A DNA stretch of 61,415 nucleotides, filler included, from Catajapyx aquilonaris (taxonomy: Eukaryota): assembly GCA_000934665.2 (NCBI GenBank). It is 4 parts of 4 records of this genome, joined end to end, with 100 filler letters (N's around TTAATTAATTAA, not from the genome) between each part and the next. Parts side by side here need not be neighbours in the genome. Positions count along the whole stretch, not along the records: positions 15,384 to 30,650 come from JYFJ02007544.1; positions 30,751 to 46,029 come from JYFJ02007545.1; 2 more parts are not named here. The stretch is one strand, 5' to 3'. The notes beneath the pieces were generated by a model. The model was not told the origin of the DNA and made no database searches. It was given only the letters and a program-made list of their open reading frames with translations. Positions 18,197 to 31,346 of this stretch are shown one piece after another; the first letter of the stretch is position 1; each line of letters starts with the position of its first letter. A program made the position numbers and the translations under genes.

Positions 18197-19882
18197 CTTG
18201 ACCCTCGTCTGGTAAGCACCAACAAGCAATCTAAGTAAAGAAACAATAAAAATTAATTATTGCTCATAACTTTGCTTTCTGAAAATAAAGCGGCAGTATG
18301 AATAATGAGCTATGATCCATCATCTCCTAATAATTCAATACGCTATACCAGTTGTTTCATTAGGCACATATTGCACACGAGTTACATTAATTTTCAATAA
18401 AAGGCTTCCTATTATTGTTAGGCAATGCGATAGACTTTTGCAGTTATTGCCCCTCGGCAAGTCTATAAGTCGGCCTCCCCCTTTGGAGGGCGGCTTTTAG
18501 TCTTTTAGAGCTGACTAATGACCATATTATCTACCCTGGTCATCTTCCTTGTTTTCCAAGCCAAGTGGTTAGGGGGAGGGTCAAGGGAGGGGGGGGGGAA
18601 GGTAAAGGGTTATTTCAAGAAGGGCTTGAAATTCGGAAGCAATTTTTTCCCTGCATTTTCGCCTCAATAAATACATCGCTCTACATGGCTATTTGTTATC
18701 AAAATAGTTACATCAACCAAATTTACCACCAGTGATGACCACACCAGGTGTTACACCAAAAGTACGGTACCTTAATCGCTGCAGTCTAACATGGATACTG
18801 ACGTCATAGTGGCAATAAATTATTTTCAACAATCTCGCCACTTACGAAGCAAGATTGACCGCGTTCATATTCACCAATAAAACGTCAGTCCATGCCATGG
18901 AATATCAGTCCAATGCATGGAATGCCAGCATCAGTTCATGGTTTGGTCATGAATCCATGGTCAGTCTAACCGAATTGATCATACACGTCTCGATCGCGTC
19001 TGACCCTTTCATGCAACCTGTAAATGGCATGCAAAATTCAAGAATGCAATAATTACGTACCAACAGCAGAAAAAGGCGTTGTTTCTCCGGATGTCCCCTC
19101 GGATCTCTTCGAGCTGTGGGACGGCTTCAAACAGTACGACCCACTGGACTTTGGATGGACACCTGACAGAATGGACTAACAGATAAGCGACCCTCTTTCT
19201 CGATGGTGTCGTGGTGTACTGAACCGACGCCAAAACCAGTTCCAGAAGTGAAAGTGATTGTGAAACCAGCAAGTTTTGGCTCCTACTAATCCGCAAAAGT
19301 CACCTTTTCTTGGAGGGAGGAGGGGTTGGGCTATTTTGGTCAGCACTCACCACCGTGACCTTCAAATGCAAAAGTGCTTTTGGGGGCAGGAATTTATGTT
19401 AGGTTCGGTTGTTTGAAAAATTAAAAGCTCGTTATGTGTTGTGAATATAAAGGACTACACATACTGCATATCTACCAAATTTCAGTGCAAATAAATTAAT
19501 GACCCTCATATTTCTGGTAGGTACCGTACATATCTATTCCGGATTATTCAAGGGATTATTTCAAAGCATGACGTCAGCAATAGCTAATTAATCCAATGGA
19601 GTTTAATTCGAGCAAGATATTACATATTATCTTAAAAATTTTCCTGTCGCTCGCATTTAAATGCCTCCTTGCGCCTCTAGATAATTTAAACAAAATATTA
19701 AAATTAAATTGATTTGGTTCATATATTTTTGTCTGCCCAAATTATCTGCTATTTATTTCTGACCGCTCTCTATGCGGAGTTTCTTGAAATAATATATTAA
19801 ACAAAGCAAGCTACAAGTCACAAAAATGCAACAAATATATTTACTGCTTTTATGCACCTGTCTGTAACAATAAGTAATGGAC

Positions 19883-21248
19883 CTAAAAATATGTTATGCT
19901 CTCTGCACTAGCTGAATTTGTCGTCCCTCTGTCATTATGTCCGGATCTTTCTGGCAGGTTTCCCTTGAAAGGCACTCCTGCAGATGCCCCTTGAGTTTCC
20001 AGGCCACGAGCTGTGTGGACAGAGCCAGCCAGAGGCTGCCTTCCCAGCTGCTCCAAAGACAAGGTGTGCATGGAGGAAGAGGCGTACAAGACATCCAGGT
20101 TTGGACCTCCAAAGGTCACGGAATGGAGATTGTCCACCTGGAACCTCACACATTCCATGGCCTTCCCAGTCCTTGGATCCACGCCTAAAACCTTTGAATG
20201 GAGTATGCATAAGATATATGTCACACTATTTCCGGATAATTCGCTCTTACTCCTGACATTTTGAGAAATTTCCTCGACTATACTGTCCACATTTTTTGGC
20301 TATTTAGCAATACTGTACTGTACCTTATGCCCTCCGAAGAGCGCAACCCACAACATTCCATCAGATGCCACGTCCAATCCTTGAAGTGTCCCTTTTATGT
20401 GGTCGCTTTGAGATCTCACGTCATACACAACTCTCTGATTGTCTGTAACATTTTAATTGTGTCGCCTATTCAACAGAATTAATATCAAACGCGGTTTTTG
20501 CAATGAAAGGTGCCTTACCGACATTCCCAGTGGTGGGATCGTAGTCAACAGAGCATATCTCGTGTCCATCCGATTCCACGAAATACATAACTGACCCATT
20601 CCAGGCCAGTCCGTTAGAAACACGAGCCCCGCTCAGATGACTCTTGAGGTTCAGATCTTCGTCCAGGCTGAACAACGACGATGTTTCGGGTGGTGTCTGG
20701 TCCTGACTGGTGGTTGCTATTGAGATAGGATGGTTGTCACAAAATGCGGAAGATTTCCCGAATAATGACTGAAATACCCATCCAGAGTCGGCCCATGGGG
20801 TCGCACTTCCCGTGGTTGATTGTGGTGTTGGGTTGGCATTGGTCGAGTGTGACGATGTGTGTCAGTCGGTTAGGACTCGATTCTTGCCCGTCCCAGTCCA
20901 TGGAGCACACGTTGTTGCCTATGCCCACGACGTAAGTGTCAGCCCTGCCTGCCACTGGGATGACGAAGGAAGGGCTGCCGACGGATGCTGCAGGATGGTC
21001 TGCATGTGTGAGCAAAAAGAGGTGCACATCGGACAAAAATGTGTGAAAATATGCACGTGATATGATTCGTTTTAAAAATATTTCATACCAATGTGAGTAA
21101 TGTACCGACGACAGGCAGACGGGTCATGTCTGCACACGTATCGCCTCACCCTGTCCACTGTGAAGAACTGGTTGAGATCAGGTGACCAGTGGACTGCATC
21201 ACACCAGTAGAACCTTCCCAACGATAAAGTTGATTTCTCGAGAGGCAT
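19883..21248 (-). CDS. Regucalcin/SMP-30/gluconolactonase (SGL six-bladed propeller) family protein, 5 exons, ~335 aa
   Basis: Exons 21248-21089, 20999-20778, 20716-20519, 20442-20324, 20191-19883 (1008 nt, phases consistent). Motifs GKCDPMGRLW, VSNGLAW, DYDPTTG, DGMLWVA, DPRTGK, SVTFGGPNLDVLY, QPLAGS. Confidence 0.88.
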
Positions 21249-22120
21249 GACGAATCCTTGGTCCTGTTGTATTATTGTTGTTATTAGTATTTATGCCACT
21301 TCGAACTCAGACACTATTTGCCAGCCCCATAAATTGTTGACTCGTTATATTCACTGTCTTTCCATCAGATCTCATTCAGTGTGTTAAGGCTACTTCTACT
21401 TGACACTAGATTAAATCACCTGGTTATGTATTTAGCACACTTGACTCCCCTTCCTATAGTAATGGGCCAGCATGGAAGGTGCTGACCGTAGGTTGTTCGA
21501 CGCAGACGCAGAATTTTGTTGTTCAGGGTTACCAATTCATATCAACAATTATTCCGCTTGCTTACTTAGCTCAATGCATAATAAATTATGGGATCAATTA
21601 ATTTTTTCCAGACATTTCTCCATCATAAGGCTGTTGCTTGTGCTCCAGCAGAAAAATGTTATGATCGTCACAAGGAGCGTCTTGGACTATTTCCCAATGT
21701 TTCGAAAATGTGACATTGCAAATACATGTTCGAGTAATGATTCAGATGCGGGTTTTCCCCAGAGGTATATGTCATTTCTTCCCCCATATCGCCCTGGGAG
21801 GCGCCTGGACCGCGCCGGAATGTCGCAGGATATAACAGGAGGGAAAGGGGAAAACCATGAAAACAATAGGCCAGCATGACCAGTTATGAATCATGCTTAT
21901 GACTGGTTGGAAAAATTGTTGAACTGGACATTTTTGGGCGGCGTGTCAATCATTCCGGTGACTGAAGGGGGACTAGGAAGGTGGTGTTTGCTTCTCTTCG
22001 GTCGACAGGACTTCTTGGACCAAAAGTGTTGACCTCAGTTCGCATAGTCCTTTGCATATTCCCTGCGCTGACGGTGACGGACGAGGGTTTTCGACTAAGG
22101 TAGTGTAACCTACGTTGTAC

Positions 22121-22221
22121 TACTATGGGCGCCAAAAGAATTGACCGAAGTTGATGGGTATATAGCGCCATTGCCGCCATATACCCATCAACGCCGGTCA
22201 ATTCTTTTGGCGCCCATAGTA
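22121..22221. repeat. Near-perfect ~100-bp palindrome (miniature foldback element)
   Basis: tactatgggcgccaaaagaattgaccg..gttgatgggtata pairs with tatacccatcaac..cggtcaattcttttggcgcccatagta. Confidence 0.85.
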
Positions 22222-22829
22222 CAATACGACTTACAAGTTTTGTAACGATGAGAGTATGACATTTTTATGAGTGGCTGATTGTGGCGGTTGGGGTTAAAAT
22301 TGGGAGTCGAATCCTTTGGCCAAAATTTTTTTTGTAAGCAACAAGCAAGTGTTTTTCGCCATCCGTTGACTTATTGGTCAATCACTTTGTGTGAAATGAT
22401 TGGGAGCCAAGATTATTACTGATTTGCTGCTAATTGAAATATTAATTTTTGGACATTTTTTTTTGTTCAACACTGAGTCAGGCTGTTGTAAATATTCCCG
22501 GAACTGTTCCTTTTGCTAGTCGAGTCAATCATCCACATTTCATAATTTTGGTCAATTCAGCCAGGAGTAATGAAAATTCTAACCAATTAATTTCAAACTC
22601 GTGAATGATGCCAATCTCTTTGTATTAAACAACTCGTAATATATTATCATTATGATATCATCACAATGCGCATATAATTAGTTTTTAATTATTGAAAAAG
22701 TCAAAAACTCATTCACACAAATTGAATGGCATTAACGGTAAATGCACGACCACGGACCAAATTAGTGATTTAATAATTGTTGCCTTTTCTCCGCCATCAG
22801 GTTGTGACTTGTCACCAGCACATCAGACG

Positions 22830-24291
22830 ATGGACTTCGGACGGAGGAACTTGCAACAGCATGAGGTAATTAACATGGATTGACTTATACCTCTTGTTAT
22901 TGCATAGAGGATAAATATGCATCATTGGCAAATAAACTATTCCTCAAATGCTTCGTGAAAATTCGCAATTATGTGCAAAAAAAATTTCTGTGCCAACAAG
23001 ACAAGTCGTAAATTAATGACAGAAATATGAGCAAATGTTGATGTTATAATTTGTAATTACATAACGCACACAACGAACATGATGTTGTGCGTCCAGGCAT
23101 GACTACGCAATGTTAAACATTAGAATAAATAATTGCACTATAGAACACTTGCATAATTATGAAATGTACTGACAGAAATTTCCCATTCAGGTTGGACATG
23201 ACCCATTCTACGAGATGTGTGACGAGCTTCTTCTTCACATATTTTCGTACTTGACCCAAAAAGACCTGCTGGAGAGTGTCTCGTTGGTGTCCACAAGATG
23301 GGCCAGACTGTCCCAGGATCACACCCTCTGGAAGAGGCTACGTATTGACCTGAACAAGATGGACATGCAAGAAGCACTTAGACTGATCCGGATGGCTACA
23401 AAGTTGCGCAGTTTGACCGTGGTCAGCCTCACGTCCAGGGTCACATGCGATACCATTCTGGACTCCGTGTCCAAGCTGGACACCCTGACGTTGATGGGAG
23501 TTGTGGTGGAGAAGACGGACACTCTCTCCGGACTGGTCAAAAGATGTGATCACCTGAGAGATGTCCAGATCCGCATGTGTGTACTTCCAGCTGACATGCC
23601 TCACCTACTGGACATCCTTGCTCCCTGCCACCACCTGGAAAGGATATACCTTTACAGTGGACCATCCAAACCGCTGGACTTGACCCTGGAACGAGGCTGG
23701 ACACGTCTCCGGAAGGTGACCCTCGACCCTCGCAGCCGCGCTGCCGACAATGAACTCGACCTGTTGGCATCCACTTCCTCAGGAACATTGCGAGATCTTT
23801 CCATTTGTCTCCAGCAGCCAGGGTCCATCTTTCTCCTTGGCCAGTTCCAGCAGATGGAATATCTGGACCTTCCCAACTGCAGAATCACCGACGACGGCCT
23901 CCTGGAAGGTCTTGGCCAGCTGACCAACCTCCGTCGCCTCTCTATTCAAGGCTCCACCAACCTGACCTCTCCAGCAATCCAGGCCTTCTTCTCCAGGCCA
24001 CAGATCCAGCAGTTGGAAACCCTGAAATTTTATGGACTCCCCAACCTGGACGACTCCTGCCTGGAAGTCATCTCCAGATGCGCTTCTCTTCGTGAAGTGG
24101 TGTTGATCATGTGTCACCGAATCACCCATGTTGGACTGACCATGTTGCGTGAAAAGGTCAGCGTCAGGGTAATATTGTGCCGGGAAATAGAGCTGTACGA
24201 GACTAGCAGGAGAAATTACATGCACCAATTGTTCACATTTTGCAGGGCTCTGATATACTTTTTGTCTCGCTACCAAAGGCACATGCACTAA
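22830..24291 (+). CDS. F-box/LRR-repeat protein paralogue 2 (~378 aa)
   Basis: Exons 22830-22865 (MDFGRRNLQQHE, phase 0) and 23191-24291. F-box MCDELLLHIFSYLTQKDLLESVSLVSTRWARLSQDHTLW plus LRRs (LDLPNCRITDDGL, LIMCHRITHVGL). Confidence 0.88.
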
Positions 24292-26049
24292 TTTTGTGAG
24301 TGTAACTGTCACACAACAGATGAAATGACCCCTTAATTTGTAAACTCCCGCCTTATTATGATTTGAAATAAACTTTTCTCGTTCTCACTCTGTACTGATG
24401 ATTTTGATTTTGTTGTGAAATAATTGCCGCGAAAGAATGGTTTTTTCGCTATACGTATAAATATCGCGCATCAATTCTCCTGCAGGGTGATAGGAGACTC
24501 CGGTATACCCCTGGGTTCTATCTTGTGCTTGCTTCTCTTCGGACAAGGTGTGTCCAGCACTTTCCAAGTGTTGACCTGTGACCTGCGCTGTTGGCCTGAT
24601 TGGGGAAGAAACACCACCTGAAGGTAAGTTGCGACCTCCTCTGGACAAGTGCATGTCCTGCCTCTGCACCACCTTCGAGAGCTGCATCTCCACAACGCAG
24701 GAGACAATGAGAACACCCCGATTACACAGCTAGGACACACTGTGGCCTGGCACTAAGGGTAAAATCTATGCATAAGTCAACTCAGCTCTTCTTCTCCGGC
24801 ATTATATGAAAAATACATACAAAAATATTCAGTAACAAAATTTATTTTATGTCGCTTTGTTTGGACTATGCGCACACATAAGAGCAGGTTGCAGACAATA
24901 TCAATAAATTGTCACACAACAAGCATGTCCAAAATATCACATATTGTCACTAAAACTACCGATGACATGTATAGCAAAAGACAAGTGGCCATTAATTTTG
25001 TGCTATTACAACCGTAGTATTTTTCAATTTATACAATGCTGACGAATAAAATGTAGGCAACACAAATGTTAATTTAATTGCAATTTTAATTATAAGGAAC
25101 CATAACCAATAGCAACTTATATGTTCAAATATGGTGAATTTAAATTACACGGGGAGAGATCAAAATGGAGTAATTATGCTAACCATGGCCTTCATTGTGG
25201 TTTTTCTGTCACCAAAAAATTATGTATTCAGATCCTTGCAAAATCAAACTCCGTACTTCAATTGAAGTCACAGCGTGACACATGAAAATTAACAGGCAGA
25301 CTAAAATTCAAAATTAAGAGCTTTCTACCAGCATGGATCAACGCGCAATAACAAAAATTGCCTGAACAAGATGAGGATATGCAATAGTAGCACAGCTACA
25401 AGAACAATTATTTACAATTTCATTTTTACAAGGTACACAAGACACTATCATTTCAGTCATTGCCAAACAAGAAACAATAACAATGCTAACAGAGGAAAAA
25501 ACGTGAGCATACATTAATGTAGCTCCATGGCTTGTGAAATTAAATAGGTCAAAACACAAATGCCAACGCAGAAAGAAAGAAACTAACCTGAAACCCTCGC
25601 ACTAATATCACAACTGATGAGGTAGACTATGAGAATATAACAGTAAGATTTTGGTACCAGGTGCTATTGAGATCTTGAAATATGCTTCCATGTGTTATGG
25701 TATCAAAACATATTTTTGTATTGCAATTTAACCCATCTGGGAAGCCACAACAAAACAGACACTCCCAGAATAAATAAATCAAACATTGAGAAGTCACACT
25801 CCAATTTGCACGTAACTAACTAAAAAATTAAACTCTGAATAAAATACAATAATAGCCGGCAACACTCCAACAAAATACGAGTGACATATTAGAGCAATGC
25901 TGGCCAACACACAACATGAATGTTATGGAAAGGCCAATTGCAGCAGAAATTGTGACATTCCCAGGTTCACATGAAGGATGGCTCTCAAATCTTATCAACT
26001 TTAAACTTTGAACACTAAACATCTGGCGCTGCTTCCCATCCTAATCCAA

Positions 26050-28205
26050 TTAATTTAAATTAACAGAGAGGAATGGCTTCAAATCGGTAAGCAATGCAGG
26101 ATGAAAAATTTGCCACCTATCAAGGTCCAGGTGCTGAAGATGTCGGCAGTCCAAGACCATGTTCCGAAGCCCTCTGACAGAGATTTTTCTGCATCCTCTA
26201 AGGCAGATCTGGGTCAGCCGGGGGCAGTAGAGGGAAATGTATCGCAGATGATAGTCATGCAGGGCAGGAGTGTAAGAAATATCAAGTGTCTCCAGATTCC
26301 CAACAACTTCTTGACGGGTCAGAAACTCCTGCAGGGCATCAGCTGTAATGTGTGTTTGTTTGCGAATCGTAAGGTTTCGCAGATTAGTCAGGAAGCCTGC
26401 GCCCTCCAGTAGGCCTGTATCAGTCATTTTCTCAGTTTCATACAGGTGCAGCTCATCCAACTGTTGGCAATTGGCCAGGCTCGTGTATGATGGTGTCTTC
26501 TCCAAGTGTCCCACGGAGAGTTTCCGGAGCTGTTCCCCAACCTTGTTCACTATTGTCAGAAGCTCCACATCAGAAGGGTTGCGGAAGATGTGAACCTCCT
26601 CGAGATTGCCCCAATCCCTCGTTAAAAGCATGTCCGGAAGAGGTGGTGGTCTGGAATGATAATTGTGTGATGGACCCAGGGTCAGCTTCTTCAGTCCTGA
26701 TAGGTTGGACAAGCGGTCCAAATGGTGCCGACCTTCCTCTGAAATAACATCATAGATTCGTGTAAAATGATGCATGGCTTGATTTAATTTTTCATATAAG
26801 CTTAGCTTAAATGCAACATGCAACGTAGTGAAGATTTAACAAAGGAGAAGTGCTATTAAACAAATAAATATTATTCAGTTTAAAAAAAGCAATGCAGAAA
26901 TCTTGCTGGATCACATTTGTTATTAATTGTTGATAATTATTGCCAATAAGGGCAATCTAGCAGGATTTGTTTTTAGGTCCTTCCAGCTCTTAATGTTATG
27001 ACAAATAGAACTGGAAAATTTTACTTTTTGAAAGACCTGAAAACCATTTTTTTCCTGTACTTAGTTGAACACTCAATTGCACATAATTAACTTATACACC
27101 ATATCTAATTAACCCAGATATGCCTAAATTATTTAAATATTTTAAATGAGTAAATGAAGCACTTACATAATGAGTTAAAATCTAATGTCTGTATAAGTGT
27201 CATATACAGGGTGATCCAACTCTATGGCACCAGTAGTTATTTGAAAAATCGCTCAAGCTGCTTGTTTATAAGCAGGTCGTTGCTAAGAGATGCTTTCTGG
27301 CTCTTTCTGGAGAATCGGGAATAGCACCTGCTGATATTAGGTCCAATGGCCATGTAACAATGAGGGGAAAAAAGGGTCATCCGTGGGAAACAGGCCTGTT
27401 CTGGTGTTCGCTGGAGGGTTTCACATGAGGTCACTAGCTGCCAAACCAAAGGTCTAATCCGTCGGAACTGGACAGACCCGGGTGTGTCAATAAATAGGCC
27501 TTCTGGTCTGTTCATTGTTGGCCGCAGTTGGCGCAACTGAGACAGCGTTGTTTTGTTACCAGTATAAATAAATAGTTCTTGTAGAGTCAGAACCAGGACA
27601 TGCCTTACTCAGGGGGCCTGTTTGAGGGCCGCCCAAGGGCTTCTAGGGTTCTAACAGTACAGTCTGCATTGGGCATTCTCTCATGAATTGGTACATGCAT
27701 GGGCATTGGACCTAATATCAGCAGGTGCTAAGACTGGTAACTAAACAACGCTGCCTGTTGACCTGTCCCAGTTGCGCCAACTGCGGCCAACAATGAACAG
27801 ACCAGAAGGCCTATTTATTGACACACCCGGGTCTGTCCAGTTCCGACGGATTGGGCCTGTGGTTTGGCAGCTGGTGACCTCATGTGAAACCCTCCAGCGA
27901 ACACCAGAACAGGCCTGTTTCCCACGGATGACCCTTTTTTCCCCTCATTAATTTTGTTACATGGGCATTGGACCTAATATCAGCAGGTGCTATTCCCGAT
28001 TCTCCAGAAAGAGCCAGAAAGCATCTCTTAGCAACGACCTGCTTATAAACAAGCAGCTTGAGCGATTTTTCAAATAACTACTGGTGCCATAGAGTTGGAT
28101 CACCCTGTATGTATAATTATACGATGCTAGGAATATAATAATAATAATAAGTAAGTAAGTAAGTAAGTTTTATTCACCTGCGGGGCTTTAAGGGCCCTTT
28201 TGCAG

Positions 28206-28261
<56 letters not shown>

Positions 28262-29505
28262 CCGGGTAGTGCACGAACTCCTTGCGTGTTATATGGCACG
28301 GACCTTTATTACTCATATGCATTAGTATACATCAGGACCTGATAATGTAGCGCCCTGTCCCATGGGCAGGATGACAGGAGGGGATGTGCAAGGTGCAGTG
28401 CAATGTCTTAATGTGGCCATTTTTAGTGAACTCCCCCGGGTGGTTTAGTCTATTGGAAATACCACCCGAGACGAAGCCAGAGGTGACCCTGAACTCTGCA
28501 CGAGATGAAGGGGGTGTCCCCGGGCTGGGATCGAACCCGGGACCTTAACATCTGTGGGTGCATACGTTACCGCAGCACCACTCCGCCTCCCCTTGGGCCG
28601 CCAGAGAGGCGTATGTGGTATATGTGCCCCTTTGGAAAAATGAGTTTCCAGAACCAGTCACTAACCGCCTATGTGGAGCAGCGGAAATGGCGGGAACTAA
28701 CTCGTGCATATGCGCCTCTTTGGCACAAGATTGGACCCACTGTTTGCTGTGCAACACAAAAGAGAACCGATGTCGCGCCAAAAGTCACTTACGCCCCTCT
28801 GGCACAGACCCCTCGATATATACTGTATACTGATGACACAAAGGTAAGGCTAAGCCAACAATTGATAAGTTTAATTAGGATCACCCCATGAACTGTGACT
28901 CTCACCTCGCAGGTTTACAAGGCTGATCTCCTTGAGGTTGCAGCATTCATGTACAAAGCGTGATAGAGAGATACTCTCCATGCTCTCGATTTCTAGGAGT
29001 AGAAAGACTTCCAGGTTGGGAACAGTTTTCCCAACAGTCAGTAAAATCTTATGCAAGTCATGGCCACGCCAGTTCACCAACTCCAGCTTCTTCAGTTGAG
29101 TCATTTCTTGCAGGTACTTAATGGCTTTGGAAACGCTCATCCTCTTGCCATCCATTTTGACTACCTTCCAAAGACTTGAGTCCATGGAGAGCTCCCTCCA
29201 CACCTTGGAAACAGCAGATACTTGCTTCGTCAGAACTCCCTTTGAGAGATAGCTAAATATCTCAAGAACCATCTCTTTCGGAAGGTCACTGAATGTCACG
29301 CTTGGTTTCTGGAAGGAAGAGTTGATGAAATGATTAATGATTCTTACAAGAGAATTTTTACTGCGCAGTTGCATTAAGATTCTGAAAACTTTCAGCGATT
29401 TCCTGGGATCATTAATTATGGTCACGTAATTTCCATGTGCTTACTTACATGCAATTCTCTGGTGTAGGGATATGCTATGGTGGCACGTGTACAGTCAAAG
29501 GACAT
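26050..29505 (-). CDS. F-box/LRR-repeat protein paralogue 3 (~382 aa)
   Basis: Exons 29505-29449, 29308-28906, 26738-26050 (phases 0 and 1, 1149 nt). F-box FSDLPKEMVLEIFSYL...VSKVWRELSMDSSLW; LRRs CPRLTQICLRGCRKISVRGL. Confidence 0.85.
27207..28107. mobile_element. Tc1/mariner-type non-autonomous element (MITE) with ~330-bp near-identical TIRs, TA target site
   Basis: TA|CAGGGTGATCCAACTCTATGGCACC ... GGTGCCATAGAGTTGGATCACCCTG|TA; arms ~27207-27540 and ~27770-28107. Confidence 0.9.
28206..28590 (-). mobile_element. tRNA-derived SINE with (TTA)n tail
   Basis: Minus strand reads TGGTGCTGCGGT (A-box-like) ... GGTTCGATCCC (B box), a ~270-bp body, then a (TTA)n run at 28206-28260. Confidence 0.65.
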
Positions 29506-30650
29506 CCTAGAATGCACTTCTGGAAATTATCACACTTCAAGTTTCCAAGTAGATGTCCTCATGCAACAATAGTATCCATCAGTGTCAATATTAGTGTCAA
29601 CAAAAGGACACTGTTTATTGTTGGGTCAGGGCATCTACTTGGAAATTTGAAAAGTGGGAGGTTCCAGAAGATTATTCATTTTGAATAGGGAAATGGGAAA
29701 ATATAGGGAAAACATTAAAAAGTCCTGCCACTTCATGAGCCTATGAAACTTCATAAATACAACACATACGACATGTAAGGTGACTCGGGGCAAGTGCCGA
29801 ATTGGGGTAAGTGCGACTTCGGAAAAAAAACAAGCCACGGTATGGGTGCACTTTTCGTGACACCCCCATATGATTGTCCTGACCTCGGTCAACGTAGGGC
29901 AAAAACAATTTCCCGCGTTATTGGCATTGACTATTGAACAATTACATTCTGCAGCCACAGTAACAGCATTTATGAAAAGAGTGCACAAGTTATACAAATG
30001 CCAATAAAATGATTTCTTCTTCATTCTATTAAAACATCCTGCAATAAAAAGTTGTCGCTGGGACATAATTCTGCAGAAGCGAAAATTCTAAACCAACTTA
30101 ATGTACAAAAACTGGTGGCATACTGTACAACTTTTTTTTCCTTCCATTTGTGTGCCACCTCAATCTGGAACATTATATTGCTACCTTTCTCCCATAAGTA
30201 TACAGGGTGACCCTAATGACTTGACACATAGGTAATAATTGTAATGTGCAAAGTTTGCAATCTAGACATTCATCTGGAACCATGTAACACTTACTTTGAG
30301 GGCTTAATTTTTAATTACTAGGTTTAGCCATATTAAAAAGCAGGTCCAATTGGAGTGCAAATAACAATTTTGGAGTGCAACTTGCACCTGTGCATCCCAA
30401 TATTTCGACCGCTAGTATTGTATTGTTGGTTGCCAGGTTGCCAATTGTCAACCGACAATACAATTACCTATATACAGGGTGATCAAACTTTTTTGTCGTT
30501 TTAGTTATTGACAAATTCGGCCTAAGCTGCTTATATTGTAGCCCGTTCCCTGGCAACCCCGTCCGGCGGGCCAATTCAAAAACATCGGCCCATGGAGAGC
30601 GCTTCCATTGTTGCCAGTGTTTACAAATCGAGTGAGTGACGCGGACGACC

Positions 30651-30750
30651 NNNNNNNNNNNNNNNNNNNNNNNNNNNNNNNNNNNNNNNNNNNNTTAATT
30701 AATTAANNNNNNNNNNNNNNNNNNNNNNNNNNNNNNNNNNNNNNNNNNNN
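30651..30750. other. Artificial contig spacer
   Basis: Same N44-TTAATTAATTAA-N44 structure. Confidence 0.97.
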
Positions 30751-31346
30751 TGTTACAAGACCCACCCCCCCACATCCTGTATCAGTTATATTCCTACTTT
30801 GCACATGCCATAAATTTACTGAAACACGCTGAGATCACTTTGTAAACTGCTTCCCCCTCCTGATATGGGGTTACCCAAAAGGAGGTTAATAAACTACTAT
30901 TATTATTATTATTATTATTATTATCATGATCCTAAGCCTGGAATTGCACTTTTTATTCTAGTGTAGTTTGGTGCCTCTTCTGTTTTGTTGGGTAGAATTT
31001 TTGTCACATCACTGTAACATGAGAAATGTAAATATGACTTAGCCCTTCTGAACCCACACTCCAATATTCATATGGGATGTGTTAATTTTATTTATATCAA
31101 CGGTAATTTTGTTAGCAAGCAAAAGGGGGAAGAATGACATACAGGATTAGTGCTTCCACCACAGAATGATACATCACAATATTTAGCAACTCAAAAAAAG
31201 TTGAACAATGTTACTAATCCCCTCAATTTGATACGCGGCTATTTTTGAAAACCTGAAGTGATCTTGTAGGCTCGATTTTATGCTCTCTCCCGCCCCCACC
31301 CTCTCCTTCAAAATCCTAAGCCATCTGCCCTTAGTTCAAGGTTTAC

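Noticed and set aside
29309..31346. Fusion of MTBP exons to F-box paralogue 3 on the minus strand
   Set aside because: They are separated by an artificial spacer, and the F-box gene has its own in-phase first exon at 29505-29449.
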